64,000 bases of DNA from Methylophilaceae bacterium. Lineage in GTDB: Bacteria > Pseudomonadota > Gammaproteobacteria > Burkholderiales > Methylophilaceae. Made by a program: the position numbers and the translations under genes. Under the pieces are notes generated by a model that made no database searches, was not told the DNA's origin, and saw only the letters and a list, made by a program, of their open reading frames with translations. This document shows positions 63,937-64,000 of this stretch, piece after piece; within the stretch, counting starts at the first letter, position 1, and every line of letters starts with the position of its first letter. The stretch covers positions 8,991 to 72,990 of the forward strand of contig CANFZA010000001.1 in the NCBI GenBank assembly GCA_947451235.1, written 5' to 3'.

Positions 63937-64000
63937 GGTTTACTCAAATTACAATATTTACAGCTAAAAATTAATCAAACATTGATATAAGCATCATGGA

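Overview
This window is almost entirely core genome from a roughly mid-40s % GC proteobacterium. Gene order (pyrR-pyrB-pyrC', pilU-pilT/yggS-proC-yggT, xseB-ispA-dxs, amgK-murU/lptD-surA-pdxA-rsmA, leuS-lptE-holA) and the repeat families look beta-proteobacterial. A methylotroph or Nitrosomonadales-like lineage is possible, but the taxon is inference only. I call 57 protein genes. I found no tRNA, rRNA, IS element, integrase, phage gene, CRISPR array or recognisable defence system. Type IV pilus genes sit at four separate loci: pilU-pilT; an orphan PilB/GspE-class ATPase; pilA with a textbook sigma-54 promoter plus a TfpO-like glycosyl ligase; and pilB-pilC. The most unusual structure is directly after psd. 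Its last 32 codons start exactly at the Ser of the LGST self-cleavage site, so they encode the whole alpha chain. This segment plus a REP hairpin is repeated as a 4-unit, 178-bp tandem array. Every extra copy keeps its frame and stop codon, and the copies differ from psd mostly at synonymous positions. Other items worth a look are listed here. (1) Two REP-like families have conserved flanks and co-varying palindromic cores. (2) A roughly 420-nt hairpin-rich orphan region lies between adk and leuS. (3) Six iterated TAGTTTTA boxes lie between an OmpR-type two-component system and an Asr-like periplasmic low-complexity protein. (4) A 14-bp tandem repeat makes two MKQTV mini-ORFs in front of rsmA. 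(5) A lone soluble dynamin-like GTPase follows yggT. (6) The dihydroorotase-like PyrC' has lost its HxH metal dyad. All calls rest on motifs read by eye. No database search was run.
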